DNA of 64,000 nucleotides from Octopus sinensis (lineage: Eukaryota), in assembly GCF_006345805.1 (NCBI RefSeq), contig NC_042998.1, forward strand, positions 75,950,001 to 76,014,000. The letters run 5' to 3'. Positions within the stretch are counted from its first letter, which is position 1. Each line of letters begins with the position of its first letter. The notes under the pieces are model-generated. The model was given only the letters and a program-made list of their open reading frames with translations. It did not search any database and was not told the DNA's origin. The translations under genes were made by a program, and so were the position numbers. Below are positions 1 to 14,727 of this stretch, piece by piece.

Positions 1-84
1 TGCTGTGGTGTACTGTTTTTGTAGTTGTGCTGTATGTATATATTGGCAGGTGCTGCCTTAATTTCTTATCGTGTTTTTTACAAT

Positions 85-560
85 AAAAGGCATGCTTACA
101 TATTCTGTTAGTCTGGGAAGGACAAAGTGTTCACACAAAGTTGGAGATATTAAAGTTTCTAACTTTTTTGAGGTGTTCGTTTGATGTCTGTTCAGAAAAA
201 ACTGTGGTGTTTTTTCTTTTCCTTCTTTTTTTTACAATAAAAAGGATGTTTACATTTTCGAATATTCAGGGAAAAGGAACGGAAAGAAAAGGAAGGTAAA
301 ATTTTTTCACAGAAAATTGTAGATATGAAGTGTTTAAAATTTACTGGAGATGAACAAAGAAAACTGTAATGTTCTTGGATGTAATGTAAAGAGGATGTTT
401 ACATTTTCGAATACTCAGGGGGAAAGGAAATGATAGGTATTCACAGAGGGTGTAGATATTAAAGGTTTTAAAGCTGATTGTTTATGTGTTCGAAAGCTGT
501 AGATATGTAAGTTCCTTAACTTATTTTGAGGGAAATTCAAAATACTCACAGGAAACTGTA
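85..560. repeat. Degenerate tandem repeat, roughly 150-bp period
   Basis: Recurring aaaggatgtttacattttcgaata(t/c)tcaggg and tcacagaaa(a)ttgtagatat motifs near 87, 238 and 386. Confidence 0.45.
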
Positions 561-689
561 GATATCCCAGTCTTTTATAGTTATTTTTCAGTTTTCCTGC
601 TGGGTTGTATTAGTGTTTCTGTGTCTTCGGCTGCTGACAGGTCAGAGCAGCGAAGAACACGTCCAGCCCCTGTTACGCCCAGCCGCCTA

Positions 690-2212
690 ATTCACATCGA
701 AAAAGGCAATACGGTAGACAATTACAGGCCGATATCCTGTTTGCCACTTATGTGGAAGTTATTGACTGGAATACTCACAGAGTCAATGTACGAACACCTG
801 GAAAAAATGGAGTCCTGCCACATGAGCTGAAGGGTTGCAAGCGTAAGTGCAGAGGTACTAAGGATCAACTCCTGGTCGACAAAACTGTACTTACAAGAGG
901 AGGAAAAGTAACTTAGCCATGTCATGGATCGACTATCGTAAGGCGTACGATATGATCCCACATTCTTGAATTATGGAATGTATGAACCTATTTGGTATTG
1001 CATCGAATGTTGAGCGATTGCTTGGAAAAAGTATGGCGAATTGGAGGACGGATCTGACAGCATACGGAAGAAGTTTAGGGACAGTAGAAATTAGGAGGTG
1101 CATCTTCCAAGGGGACTGCCTGTTCCCACTGATCTTTATACTGTGCTTGATACCACTAACACTGATTATGAGGAAAGCAAAAGCTGGGTATGTATTCAAA
1201 AGCCGCCAACAAAATGCCAACCATTTGTTATTCATGGACGACCTCAAACTTTATGGTAAAAATGAAGCCCAGGTCAGTTCCCTCGGTAATACGGTGTATA
1301 CCTTCAGTGCTGATATCAGAATGGATTTCGGACTGAAAAAGAGTGGTGTGTTAGTCTTGAAGAGAGGCAAAATCAAATGTATGGACGGGCTAACGATACC
1401 GTCCGGGGAGGTTATGAAGCAGATAGAAGAGACGGGCTATAAGTACTTGGGGATTTTGAAAATGGATAAATTGATGGAAAAAGAAATGACAGAAAAATTT
1501 AAGGTGGAGTACTTGAGCAGACTGAGACTGATCCTTAAGTAGAAATTAAACGGACGGAATAAGGTCGAAGCTATCAACACCTGGGCGGTTTCACTCCTTA
1601 GATATGGAGCAGGGGTAATTGCATGGACAGTAGACGAACTAAACAGCTTAGACAGAGAGACAAGCTGCTAACTAGATATGGGTTACTCCACCCAAAAAGT
1701 GACACAGACTGTATGTACCAAGAAAAATGAGGGGGAAGAGGACTTATTGGATGCGAACACAGCATTACAGCAGAAGAAAACAACATAGCATGGTATGTAA
1801 AAAATGCCGCAGAACCACTATTATTAGAAGTAAGAAGGTCAGACTTGTGTAGGATGAAAGATTGCAAACATAAAGCACTATACAAGAAATTGAAAACGAA
1901 TGAAACTGAAAATAGGTGGGTAAAGAAAAGAATGCATGGTCAATTTCATAGGAATGTTGAAGATAAGACAGAAAAAAGATGGCTGTGGATGATTAAAAGT
2001 GATTTAAAACCAGAAACGGTGGCTCTAATCTGTGCTGCCCAAGAGCAAGCACTAAGAACAAACTACATAAAATGCAGAATAGACAACACATCAGAAAGTG
2101 ATAAGTGCAGAATCTGTGGACAAAACGGTGAAACCGTATGGCATATTACCAGCCAATGTACGCAACTAGCCCAGAAGGAATATAAGAGACGCCACGACAA
2201 TATAGCCAGGCT
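690..2212 (+). mobile_element. Decayed R4/Dong-like non-LTR retrotransposon (RT + CCHC knuckle)
   Basis: [56 protein letters not shown], then ETVALICAAQEQAL and CRICGQNGETVWHITSQC; several stops/frameshifts; ends in an (ATG)n(ATA)n tract. Confidence 0.88.
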
Positions 2213-2246
2213 GATGATGATGATGATGATAATGATGATGATGATG

Positions 2247-2288
<42 letters not shown>

Positions 2289-2289
<1 letters not shown>

Positions 2290-3335
2290 CAGTTAAATTA
2301 TACTGAAGACGAAATAGAGGGAAAATCACTCTATGGTCAATACCCTGCAAGGCTTGACAGAGAGGAAGTGGGCCTAAAGTGAAAGCCAGCAATGGCTCAA
2401 AAGCTCGGACTGAAAGTTGAAACGGAAGGACTGGTTCTCGCTGCACTAGACCAATGCCTGACTACAAGCAATTATAAAAACAAAATAATGAAAACAGGTC
2501 CCAACACCAAATGCAGAATGTGCAGCCAGTACAATCGGACATCATCTTGGTCTGTCCAGTCTTTGTCAAGTTTGAATATATACACAGACACGACAAAAGT
2601 GAGCAGTTATATACACTACAACATTAAAACTAACAATAGGTGGTATAAACCTGTGCCAAACAAGGTACAAGACAACGACTAGGCCACAATCATCTGGGAT
2701 ATACAGGTTCAAACCGACAAAGAAAAAAAAGTCAATCTCCCAGACATAATAATCAAGGATTGGGGAAGAACGTCTGCTTACTGACAGACATTGCAGTCCC
2801 TTCTGATCAAAATATTGTCAAAAGAAGTGGAGAAATTGTCAAAGTACAAAGACTTTAAAATTCAAGTATTCAAGATGTGGGACACGAAGGTAAAAAAAAC
2901 AATACCAATAATAATTGTAGCATTGGGCATGATAAAAAACATAAAAAAACGTAGAAGCTGGATCCTCAACACTGCAAACTATCCAAAAAATAGCCCTGCT
3001 AAGAACATCCCACATCCTACGCAAGACACCATCAATCCAATAATACAACCTAAACAAAGCAACCCACAAACACAAAACACACTCTATACAGCAATTACCC
3101 AGTGAAATAAACTTCCACCAGCAAGATAGATAACCAATGCGTTACACACTCAACACACAATATAAGCAGTAACACAACAAAAGACTGCATCACACCTCAA
3201 AAGAAAAAAACTAATACAATACAGTACTGGGTAAAGTTTGCGCACACCCCAGCAACACATGGAAGTAGCAAGTGATGCCGTAGAAATTTGCTTCAACCTA
3301 CCAAATGTTAAACAGTCATATAATAATAATAATAA
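2289..3335 (+). mobile_element. Second, more diverged R4/Dong-like 3' fragment (Zn knuckle + restriction-like endonuclease)
   Basis: GLKVETEGLVLAALDQ, KCRMCSQY, IWDIQVQTDK..NLPDIII, EKLSKYKDFKIQV..MW, IPIIIVALG; bounded by (AAT)n at both ends. Confidence 0.8.
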
Positions 3336-3336
3336 T

Positions 3337-3545
3337 GGTTTCAAATTTTTTCACAAGGGCAGCAATTTCGGGTAACGGAAGGAGTCGATTACATCGACCC
3401 CAGTGTTAACTGGTACCTATTTTATCGATCCCGAAGGGATGAAAGGGAAACTCAACCTCGGCGGAATTTGAACTCAGGACGAAGTGACGGACGGAATGCC
3501 GCTTAATGCTTTGTTCGGCGTCCTAACGATTCTGCCAGCTCGCAG
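3337..3545 (-). mobile_element. tRNA-derived SINE, family B (central GCCTTTCATCCTTTCGGGGTCGATAAA domain)
   Basis: Same ~200-bp unit recurs near 11300-11452, 13110-13300, 14041-14252, 14955-15130, 19885-20098, 29540-29755, 29790-30005, 41000-41190, 48505-48650, 52550-52720, 59555-59745; B-box-like GTTCAAATTCC in the head. Confidence 0.8.
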
Positions 3546-3639
3546 AAATTTATTATAATAATAATAATAATAATAATAAAAATAATAAGTTTATCGAATA
3601 CAATGCTCGTGCGCACTACAAGAGACAGGCACACGTGCA

Positions 3640-3645
3640 CACACA

Positions 3646-3682
<37 letters not shown>

Positions 3683-3782
3683 ACACACACATAAACACAC
3701 GCATATATATGTATCACACACATGTGTATGCATATATGTTGTAGTACAATGAGTGTGTGTATGTGTGTGTGTCTGTGTGTGT

Positions 3783-3819
<37 letters not shown>

Positions 3820-4144
3820 GTGTGTGTGTGTGTGTGTACATATTGTTGCGCGATAAGATGTTCGCTATATATCTTGTATATCTTGTCTAGCCCCGAGCCT
3901 TGTGGGTGAAATTTAGTAGATAGAAATTGTACGGAAGCTCATCGACTGTGCATGCATATGTGTATGTACACGCGCGTGCGCGCCCATACACACACACGTA
4001 TACGCGCATATATAGATACACAAACACACACACGTGTATATATATATGTGTGTGTGTGTGTATAAATATGTATTTTTGTATGCATATATATATACACAGA
4101 TATATATATATTATATATATATATATATATATACATATATATAC

Positions 4145-4188
<44 letters not shown>

Positions 4189-4257
4189 CACACATACATA
4201 TATATATATATATGTGTGTGTGTGTGTATATATATTTGTGTGTATATCTGTCTATAT

Positions 4258-4333
<76 letters not shown>

Positions 4334-4887
4334 GTATATGTGTGTGTGTGTGTGTGTATATAGACCCATTTCTGCTGTCCAGACTACACTCTGTATACCA
4401 TATGAACATACGTACATTCCACACCCCTCCTCACACACCTCTCACACCTCTATCAACAATAAAATCTTCCATTTATTCTAACTCAATATTTTTCTTTCGT
4501 ATTTATCTAAATTCAATCTGCTGTCTCTATTAGTCTTTGAAATTCTTCAATCACCACAGTTATTCGACTATCTTTCGTCATTAAAGACACATCTCTCTCT
4601 CTGTCTCCCCTTCTCTCCCGCCCTCTCTCTATTTCTCATTCTCCCTCTCTCGCCCCGCTCTCCCCCCACTCAATCTCTCCGTTTCTTCCCCTTACATATG
4701 TGTGTGTGTGAATGTATGGTTATACATATATATGTGTATACACATATACATATATATATATGTATATGTGTATACACATACACATATATGTGTATATACA
4801 AATATATGTGTATACAAAAATACATATATATGTATATATGCATATACATATATATGCGTATACCTGTATATGAATATGTATGTATGT

Positions 4888-4944
<57 letters not shown>

Positions 4945-5484
4945 GTGTGTGTGTGTGTGTTTCACACATATGTATGCACATATATGTACGTACGTATGTA
5001 TGTATGTATGTATGTCTCTATGTATATATGTATGTATGTATGTATGTATCTATGTATGTATGTATGTATCTATGTATGTGTGTATGTATGTATGTATCTA
5101 TGTATGTGTTTTTGGTAATTTATGTACCTCCATCATTTTCCCCATGTGAAAGTGTATCTGTAATATTTGAATAACTTGAGTATATGAGTGTTGCCATAAC
5201 AGTTGTGTAACATTATTTCAATGTATGTAGCTGTGTGTGTTTGAACATAACTGTTAATTCGACGAAAACCACATACTGCATTTGTTTGTATGTGTAAGTC
5301 CATGTACTAACATATATATATATATATATATATATAACACATATATATATAAACACACACATATATATACACACACACACACATATATATATATACACAT
5401 ACACATACACACACACATATATACACACACACAAGTGTATGTGTATAATTTAGGACAATCAGTCTCATTCTTTTGATGTCACTT

Positions 5485-5565
<81 letters not shown>

Positions 5566-5567
5566 TG

Positions 5568-5617
<50 letters not shown>
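3640..5617. repeat. Compound microsatellite block (CA)n, (TA)n, (TATG)n, (TAT)n, (TAG)n
   Basis: Direct reading; source of the YI/HT/CV ORFs. Confidence 0.95.
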
Positions 5618-5724
5618 GGCCTGCTCGCTTAGCCAGCGGGGTGGCGTCATTTGAAGGCTAAAACAATGCGAAGCGCATTGTGACCAGCGATGTGTAGCAA
5701 CATCTGATAGTCTGGTCGATCACG

Positions 5725-5728
<4 letters not shown>
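5618..5728. repeat. Short CpG-rich island between (TA)n tracts, probable interspersed repeat, unclassified
   Basis: ~110-bp GC-richer segment embedded in TA microsatellite; single copy in this window. Confidence 0.4.
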
Positions 5729-5789
<61 letters not shown>

Positions 5790-5800
5790 TATATATATAT

Positions 5801-6702
5801 AAGAAAAAGGGACAGGCAACAGGTTGCTTGACCGCATACCGAAATTTGATAGAAATAAGCATTCTTGACTGCTATTTCTATTTTTTCGGTATGCGGTCAA
5901 GCAACCTGTTGCCTGTCCCTTTTTCTTATATACAATATATATACTGAACTTTACAGAAGTTCCTGCCGCTAATCGGCTATATTTACATACCGAATTCTAC
6001 CAGTAAATAATTGTGTTTTTTTTAAAAACCTTTATAGAAATTATTTACCCTTATTATTATATTACTAATTGGATTTTTCACTCCCTTACGACAACCCAAT
6101 AGTTCCTACTCCTATGGAACTATTTTTGTGGTGCGCATGGCAAAATTTTGGAGGGAAGATTTACGAATTCAAACGTCTATGTAGGTTTAGCCTTTGCTCG
6201 CTTTCTTCAAATATTTTGATGTCGCATGGTCAGAAGGTTTGAGGTACGTAGCATTTAATAAATCTATGATAAATCTATTTCAATGGAAAGCTGTGCTGAA
6301 GAAGGATGTGAAATATATATGCAATGTATATGAAATATATATCAAAAATATATATGAAATATATATTCAATATGTTTATAATCCAGAAACATGATGTTCA
6401 CAGATAACCACCAGACTTCGTTTTCGATATCTATTCCTTCTGTTTTGCATATGTGAATTACAGGGTTTGTCGTGCCCGGAGTCCCACTTTGATAGAAATA
6501 AGCATTCTTGACTGCTATTTCTACTTTTTCGGTATGCGGTCAAGCAACATGTTGCCTGTCCCTTTTTCTAATATACAATATATATACTGAACTTTACAGA
6601 AGTTCCTGCCGGTAATCGGCTATATTTACATACCGAATTCTACCAGTAAATAATTGTGGTTTTTTTAAAAACCTTTATAGAAATTATTTACCCTTATTAT
6701 TA
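5801..6702. mobile_element. Non-coding Penelope-like element: partial tandem (643-bp period) with short inverted 5' copy, in (TA)n
   Basis: 5845-6060 repeated at 6488-6702; 5801-5844 is the exact reverse complement of 5884-5927; shares motifs with the 45487-47129 repeat. Confidence 0.6.
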
Positions 6703-6735
6703 TATATATATATATAATATATACTGCTCTGTATT

Positions 6736-8328
<1,593 letters not shown>

Positions 8329-8352
8329 TATTATTATTATTATTATTATTAT

Positions 8353-8910
8353 TGAGTGAGAGAGCAGTTCATGCCATCAAAGTGACACTGGGGTAAAATA
8401 TACGAAGCCCAATATACCCATCATGACTACCCGTCTGATAAAGGTACACCAGGCACATGCATCACAACCATATGTGCGCGACATGGTGATCTCATATCAA
8501 GATAAACAGCACATGACCTTGCAGGTGGGGCCCAGTTAGAATTTTCTTCAGGTTGAGTAGCCCATCCCGCTCAAACGGTCCCTGAATAAGGGTTGTTTAA
8601 GGATGTTGAAAGAACCACCCATGTTTCCAGAGGTGAACTATTCAAACCCCAAAGAATCCCTTTCAACACATGGCTATGATGCTCCCCCACTACTTCTGCT
8701 CGTGATCAGAGATGCACATATCGTCAGCCACTAAGGGACATGCTCAACTGGTTAAGGTCAAACAACTGACAAGCAAATCTGTGGTATTGAGCAGAATATT
8801 TGCTGTAGCCCATCTTTTATACCAAGACAAAACAATGTACATGATAACACTTCCAATCAGTTAAGATCAGAAGCCATGAGAGCCCCTGCCTGGTACTGCA
8901 TCAGGGCATT
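8353..8910 (-). mobile_element. ~560-bp non-coding element inserted in an (ATT)n array; possible non-autonomous partner or 3' UTR of an R4/Dong-like LINE
   Basis: GC-richer island with (ATT)n on both flanks; on the minus strand it ends ...ctctcactc-(aat)n; no ORF. Class is inferred only from target context. Confidence 0.45.
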
Positions 8911-9124
8911 GTATTACTATTATTATTATTATTATTATTATTACTATTATCATCATCATCATCATCATCATCATTGTCATTATCATCATATATATATATA
9001 TATATCAGGGTTCAGTCCCACTGCGTGACACCTTGGGCAAGTGTCTTCCACTATAGCCTCGGGCCGACCAAAGCTTTGTGAGTAGATCTGATAGACGGAA
9101 ACTGAAAAAAGCACGTCTTATATG

Positions 9125-9270
<146 letters not shown>

Positions 9271-9616
9271 CGCACGCACGCACGCAAGCACACACAACAG
9301 TTTTGCCCTGACATTTGCCAAACATCCCAAAAATTCTGCAAATAATTCATTTGCAACTGTATTTGGAAAAAAATACTGACTGCAGAATGGTAAGAAGTCA
9401 CCTGTCATCATTAAGTGGAAAGTGTTTATCCTCCATTGCGACATCTGCAGAACAACTGTCAAGAAATCAAAGAATAGCTTCAAACATTGCACAGCCTGCA
9501 AGACCAATCGCATATTGCAATCAAACTTTATGGTCGGTTGCCAAAAGGGATTTTACTAACATTTCAGAATCTTTCCACTCACCACATCTCAATCAATATG
9601 TCCAAAAGCACACACT

Positions 9617-9707
<91 letters not shown>

Positions 9708-10049
9708 ACATATACACACGTCTTATCCGTACGGGCTGTTTGAAGGACACATTGGTTCTTTTAACTTTGCGATTGAAGATGGCGTATGCACACTCGATCA
9801 AAAATATGGTCCAAGTAATGTAAATTGTATTTATTCTTTGGAATTACGTGAGTATATCTGTAATATTGTGAACTGTACCAAAACGTCAGTCATAGACATG
9901 AGTTCAAACCGATTCTCACGTTTTGATGAAGTGATTCTTTTGAGGTTGTTTTTCTTTGATTTAAAATTATAATTGTATACTTCGTATTCACTCCTACATT
10001 ATTTCTTGAGGAAGATGTATTTCATTTAAATACGTAGTAAGACAACGAA

Positions 10050-10330
10050 CGGGCAAAATGCTAAGCGGAATTTCGCGTCCATTGTGAGTATCACTTGAGC
10101 CTTGTAGAGTGTCAGTAAATGCTGGAGGTTGAAATATATTTTGGCTCCAGAGAGATGGCTGAGTCTTTGTTATGTCAGGGAAGAATGAAAAATCGTGTCT
10201 TCTGCATAAGAATTGGTGTTATAGGATATGGTAGCAAGTAGCTCATTGATGTGTAGAAGAAAGAGAGTGGGATTAAAACAGAGCTCTAGGGAACACCAGG
10301 TTTGCTTAAGAGTGAGAAAGAAAGAACATA
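10050..10330 (-). mobile_element. Heavily decayed LINE RT fragment
   Basis: Minus strand reads GVP*SSVLIPLSF, resembling GVPQGSVLSP.LF. Confidence 0.5.
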
Positions 10331-10539
10331 GTCAACACATGAACATTTTCACACCAGAGTCTTCTCTCTGCTCCTATCTTCCCTGCGGATAATGATCTGC
10401 AATAATTTAAACAGAGATTTATGGTATCAACCTCACCGATCTCGCGGAACCCACAAGGGTCGTGAGTAGCATGTCTTCCTTGAGACTTAGCAAGTAATAA
10501 AAATGTGTATATATATAGACAATAGTACATGCGTCTACA

Positions 10540-11230
10540 TAAATAGTGCAAGCATGTACAGAGATAGTATATTGTTAAGAACGCTGAGGGTGTCCTAGCA
10601 CTACTCAGTAAGACCTTTGTAAGCCGCTCTCCAGCTATCATTTTAAATTTGCATATGACTATGGTACTATCCATACGTAGAGTTTGCATCTCTAGTCTAG
10701 AACCGCTATCTTGCTTAGCATATCAATCTCCTGGAACCGTTCAGAAATGTGCAACCAAACGAATACCCGCTGTTAAGCATCTACCATACTTCCCTGGTCA
10801 TGGGCACGTTAAAGCTCCATCTCGGTACACACTCACAAGATAATCCAACATGTTTCCAAAAACAGCCTTCGGCACCTTTTTGAATTCTGTAGGTTTAACA
10901 ATCGTAAACATGCTTACAAAATAAAAAAAAAAACAGCACAGCACCCATGACTTTCGGAAACATTTTTTCACTCTCAAAAATGGCCAAATATGGAATAAAC
11001 TACCTGCATCAGTTGTTAGTTGTCAAGAAACTACGTCCTTCAAAACTTTCATCCTTCCTGACATTCGCCAACAGTACGCCTGATGTCCCCCATATAATTT
11101 TCTTCCGTTTTTGTTTTTTTTTGCTTTTGTTTTTTGTAGACTTCTTGTGCTTATTCTATGTACTGTCGTACAGCCTTAGTTACCTTTTCTGATGAGTTGT
11201 AGTGCATCTGGACACTTTGTCTCACATAAT
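10540..11230 (+). mobile_element. CR1-group LINE 3' end
   Basis: LLSKTFVSRSPAI, TVQKCATKRIP.VKHLPY, HDFRKHFF, WNKLPASVVSCQ..SFKT motifs across shifting frames. Confidence 0.7.
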
Positions 11231-11594
11231 AGTATATTTCTATACGTAACAGTGGATCTGTATACAAAACAGTATACGTATATAGAATTGTATATGCGTT
11301 AGGTGATTACATCAACCCCAGTACTCAACTGGTACTTTACCGAGCCCGAAACGAAATTCCTCGGCGGAATTTGAACCCAAAACGTAAAGACGGCTGAAAT
11401 GTCACAAAGTATTTTATCCGGTGCAGTAACGCTTCTGCCAGATCAACGCCTTACGTGCACGCATAATAACATATAAGTATTGAAGCAAGAACGCTTAGAT
11501 AAAATAATAGTACATGCTAATACGTAATTGTACAAGCATACACATAAATAATGCATGCATACATATAAAGTGTATGAAAATTTGCGTGTGTGTA

Positions 11595-11625
<31 letters not shown>

Positions 11626-11718
11626 CATTATGATCGAAAAATAAAGAAAACACCACAGCGAGGTGAATGAACGTAAACAGGATGTTTTAGGTTGATGCTC
11701 TGGTAAAATGGAAGAAGT

Positions 11719-11754
11719 CTTTAATGTTTCGAGCCTACGCTCTTCTACAGAAAG
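11719..11754 (-). ncRNA. Minimal type I hammerhead-like motif with variant core CUGUAGA
   Basis: CUUU-CUGUAGA-A-GAGC(GUAG)GCUC-GAAAC-AUU-AAAG: stems I and II pair; cleavage triplet decayed from GUU to AUU. Confidence 0.5.
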
Positions 11755-11841
11755 GATAGATGAGGAGAGAGAAAATATGGAGAGAATAAGAAACGTGTCT
11801 GAGGTAAATGCTCAAAGCAAGCTCAAAAATATGTATATATA

Positions 11842-12260
11842 GGCGCAGGCGTAAATGTGTGGTAAGAAACATGCTTCCAAACAACATGGTTCCGGGTTCT
11901 GTTCCACTGCGTGGTATCTTGTGGTGGGGTGTCTTCTACTAAAGCTTCGTGAGTAGATTTGGTAGACGGAAACTGAATGAAGGCCATTGTATATCTGTGT
12001 GTGGGTGTATGTACGTGTGTGTGTGTTCGCGCGTGTGTATGTGTGTGTCCGTGTATGTCACTCCAGTACCACTTGACAACCGGTGTTAGTGTGTTTGCGT
12101 CACCATAACTTAGCGTTCCGCAAAAAAGACCGATCGAATAATTACTAGGCTTTAAAAAAGTTAAGTCCTGGGGCCCCATTTGTTCGTCTAAAACCCTTCA
12201 AGGCAGTGCTCCAGCATGGCCGCAATCAAATGACTGAAACAAGTAAAAGAATAAAAGAAT
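11842..12260 (+). mobile_element. Full-length tRNA-derived SINE, family A (CORE-like centre, internal microsatellite)
   Basis: Head ggcgcagg..tgtggtaag..ggttccgggttc, centre (cacct)tgggcaagtgtcttctactatagcc, tail aaatgactgaaacaagtaaaagaataaaagaat; other copies 12283-12750(-), 16599-16815(-), 23640-23775(+), 31071-31480(-), 35440-35600(+), 36259-36668(-), 37233-37648(-). Confidence 0.85.
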
Positions 12261-12490
12261 ATTAGCTGTATAGCCTTTGTCTTTTCTTTTATCTGTTACT
12301 TGTTTCAATCATGAATTTGATTGCGGCCAAGCTGGGGCACCAGCTTGAAGAATTTTAGTGGAACGAATGGCCCTCAGAACTTATTCTATTGGTATCTTTT
12401 TGCCGAACTGCTAAGTTACGGGGACGTAAACACACCAGCACCGGTTGGGAGGACTAACACCGACGCAAACACACACACATATATACTTAC

Positions 12491-12521
<31 letters not shown>

Positions 12522-12562
12522 GGTAGGTAGTAGGTAGGTAGGTAGGTAGGTAGGTAGGTAGG

Positions 12563-12664
<102 letters not shown>

Positions 12665-13538
12665 CGACGGGCTTCATTCAATTTCCGTCTACTAAATCCA
12701 CTCACAAGGCTTTGGTCGACCCGATGCAATAATAGATGTGGGACAGAACCCAGAACTATGTGGTATACATTAATAATCCAAGTGTTTAAATAATGCATAA
12801 TGTATATGTATACTTAATAGTATATGTGTATCCATTAATTGATACATACATTGATAATTTTGTGTGCATTCACAGAACTTGTATATATAAAGTTGTACAT
12901 ATACACTTTAATGGAACGGATAATATAAATGGTTATAAAGAGTTGTCTCCCTGGAACCATTAATAATTTTTTTTTTGAAACTATATGCAAATAATTTGGA
13001 TTTTTTAACTCGTGTGTTGAAATATAATTTGTTGCATCTCGGGAGAATCATTATGCCAATAATAATCGCACGTGCTGGTTGTATTTTTCACTTCTTTTAT
13101 TGTTATTAAGCTGATGGGTTGACAGCACGCTGGACAAAGATGCTTAGTGACTACGTTCTGAGTTAAATGCTGCAGAAGTCGACTTTGGCCTTCGTCCTTT
13201 CTGAGTCAATAAAATAAGTACCAATTGTGCACTGGTGTCGATGTAAATCGATTATCCTCCTTCTCCAAAATTTTAGGTCTGGTGCTTATAGTATAGCGGA
13301 TTATTGTTAGTCAATTCGTTAACATTTAACCTATTAACTAATTCATTCTTTGATTAATCGTTCATTCGGGCAAAGAAACAGATTTGTCAAAGGTCATTTC
13401 AACGCCATTCTCGATCTTTTTAATGACATTCCCCGCAAGGTTTGTGTCAGGAACAATAGCTAGACCAGACCTACAGAAGAGAGGGTATGTCTTAGGGAGA
13501 TCGTCAATGGTGAAAAAGGACATTGACGACCCTAACTA

Positions 13539-13575
<37 letters not shown>

Positions 13576-14364
13576 CCGAACGATCATTTAAACAATGGAT
13601 TGGGTAATTTGTTGATAGTTACAAAATGACAAATAAAAATTTTTTAAAAGTGAAACGGAACCAGTACGTGAGTTTATTATTAATATAGTGACCCTCGCGA
13701 GATACAACAAATGATTTCTTAATTCAATAGCGAACAGTAATTTGGTGGCAGGATGTAATCACTTGCATTGACCTTAAACGAAGATATAACTACAATGTAA
13801 ACCTTCTCGACGGGGAGATACAAATATTATCGTCCTTTTAATCTCAACCTTTTCTCGATCTCCCCTTGTAGGCTGTTGTCCACTTTAGGTTCCCTTTACT
13901 AGATAAATATTATGGGAATTTTAGCTTCCTAGAGAAAAAATTATTGGGATCGTTTAAAAAGCTCAAGCTCTATTCTTTCCAACATTGTGTTGGCAGTTTT
14001 CCCAATTGTAAAACGTGAACAAATATTCCATCAGCATTAAGACGGGGAGCTGACAGAATCATTAGTACACTGGGTAAAATGTTTAGCGACGTTTCGTCCG
14101 TCCTTACATTCTGGGTTCAAATTCCTCCGAGATTGACTTTGCCTTTCATCTTTTCGGGGTCGTTAAATTAACTACCAGTTGAGCACTGGAGCTGACTAAT
14201 TGACTTAACCCTTCCCCTGAAATTACTGGCTTTGTGCCAAAAGTTGAAACCAATATTCCTTCCACCAGCATTATCCAAATGATGTTAGCAACAGTTTTAC
14301 AAATCACTTAATGCTGGGGCCCCGTACTGTATGGACCCTAAAAAATCGAGTTCACAAGGTATCA

Positions 14365-14625
14365 TCACATTGCGACATTTTACCTCAATTTAACCTGCCT
14401 TATTTAACATTATATCTTGAAACAAATCGAGAGAGAGAAAGATTCCACAACCTTTAAAAAGTACCTGAAAAATTCCTCCACGAAATACAAGAATATCACT
14501 TGCACCGGATACATTTCAACCAGAACAGCTCTCTACTTAAATGGGCGAATGGTACCAAACACAATTTGAGAGACTTCATCAGGTGGTGCTCTGAAGTAAG
14601 ACATGACTTGGGCTAATATTGGAAA
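14365..14625 (+). mobile_element. CR1-group LINE extreme 3' fragment
   Basis: Resembles 7920-8200 (EKD..TFK..L, tcatcagg.ggtgct, gacatg.c.tgg.c.aat). Confidence 0.55.
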
Positions 14626-14664
14626 AAATAGACTGGAATTAAAAAAAAAAAAGAACAGCGACGA

Positions 14665-14727
<63 letters not shown>

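Noticed and set aside
8850-8910. Two short patches resembling U2 snRNA
   Set aside because: Only about 12-13 of 18 nt match in each, the spacing is wrong, and there is no Sm site or branch-pairing region.
9730-9850. HIGSFNFAIEDG resembling the N-terminus of RNA polymerase second-largest subunits
   Set aside because: Similarity stops after about 12 residues, no further exons, and the start resembles a mariner-like terminal sequence.
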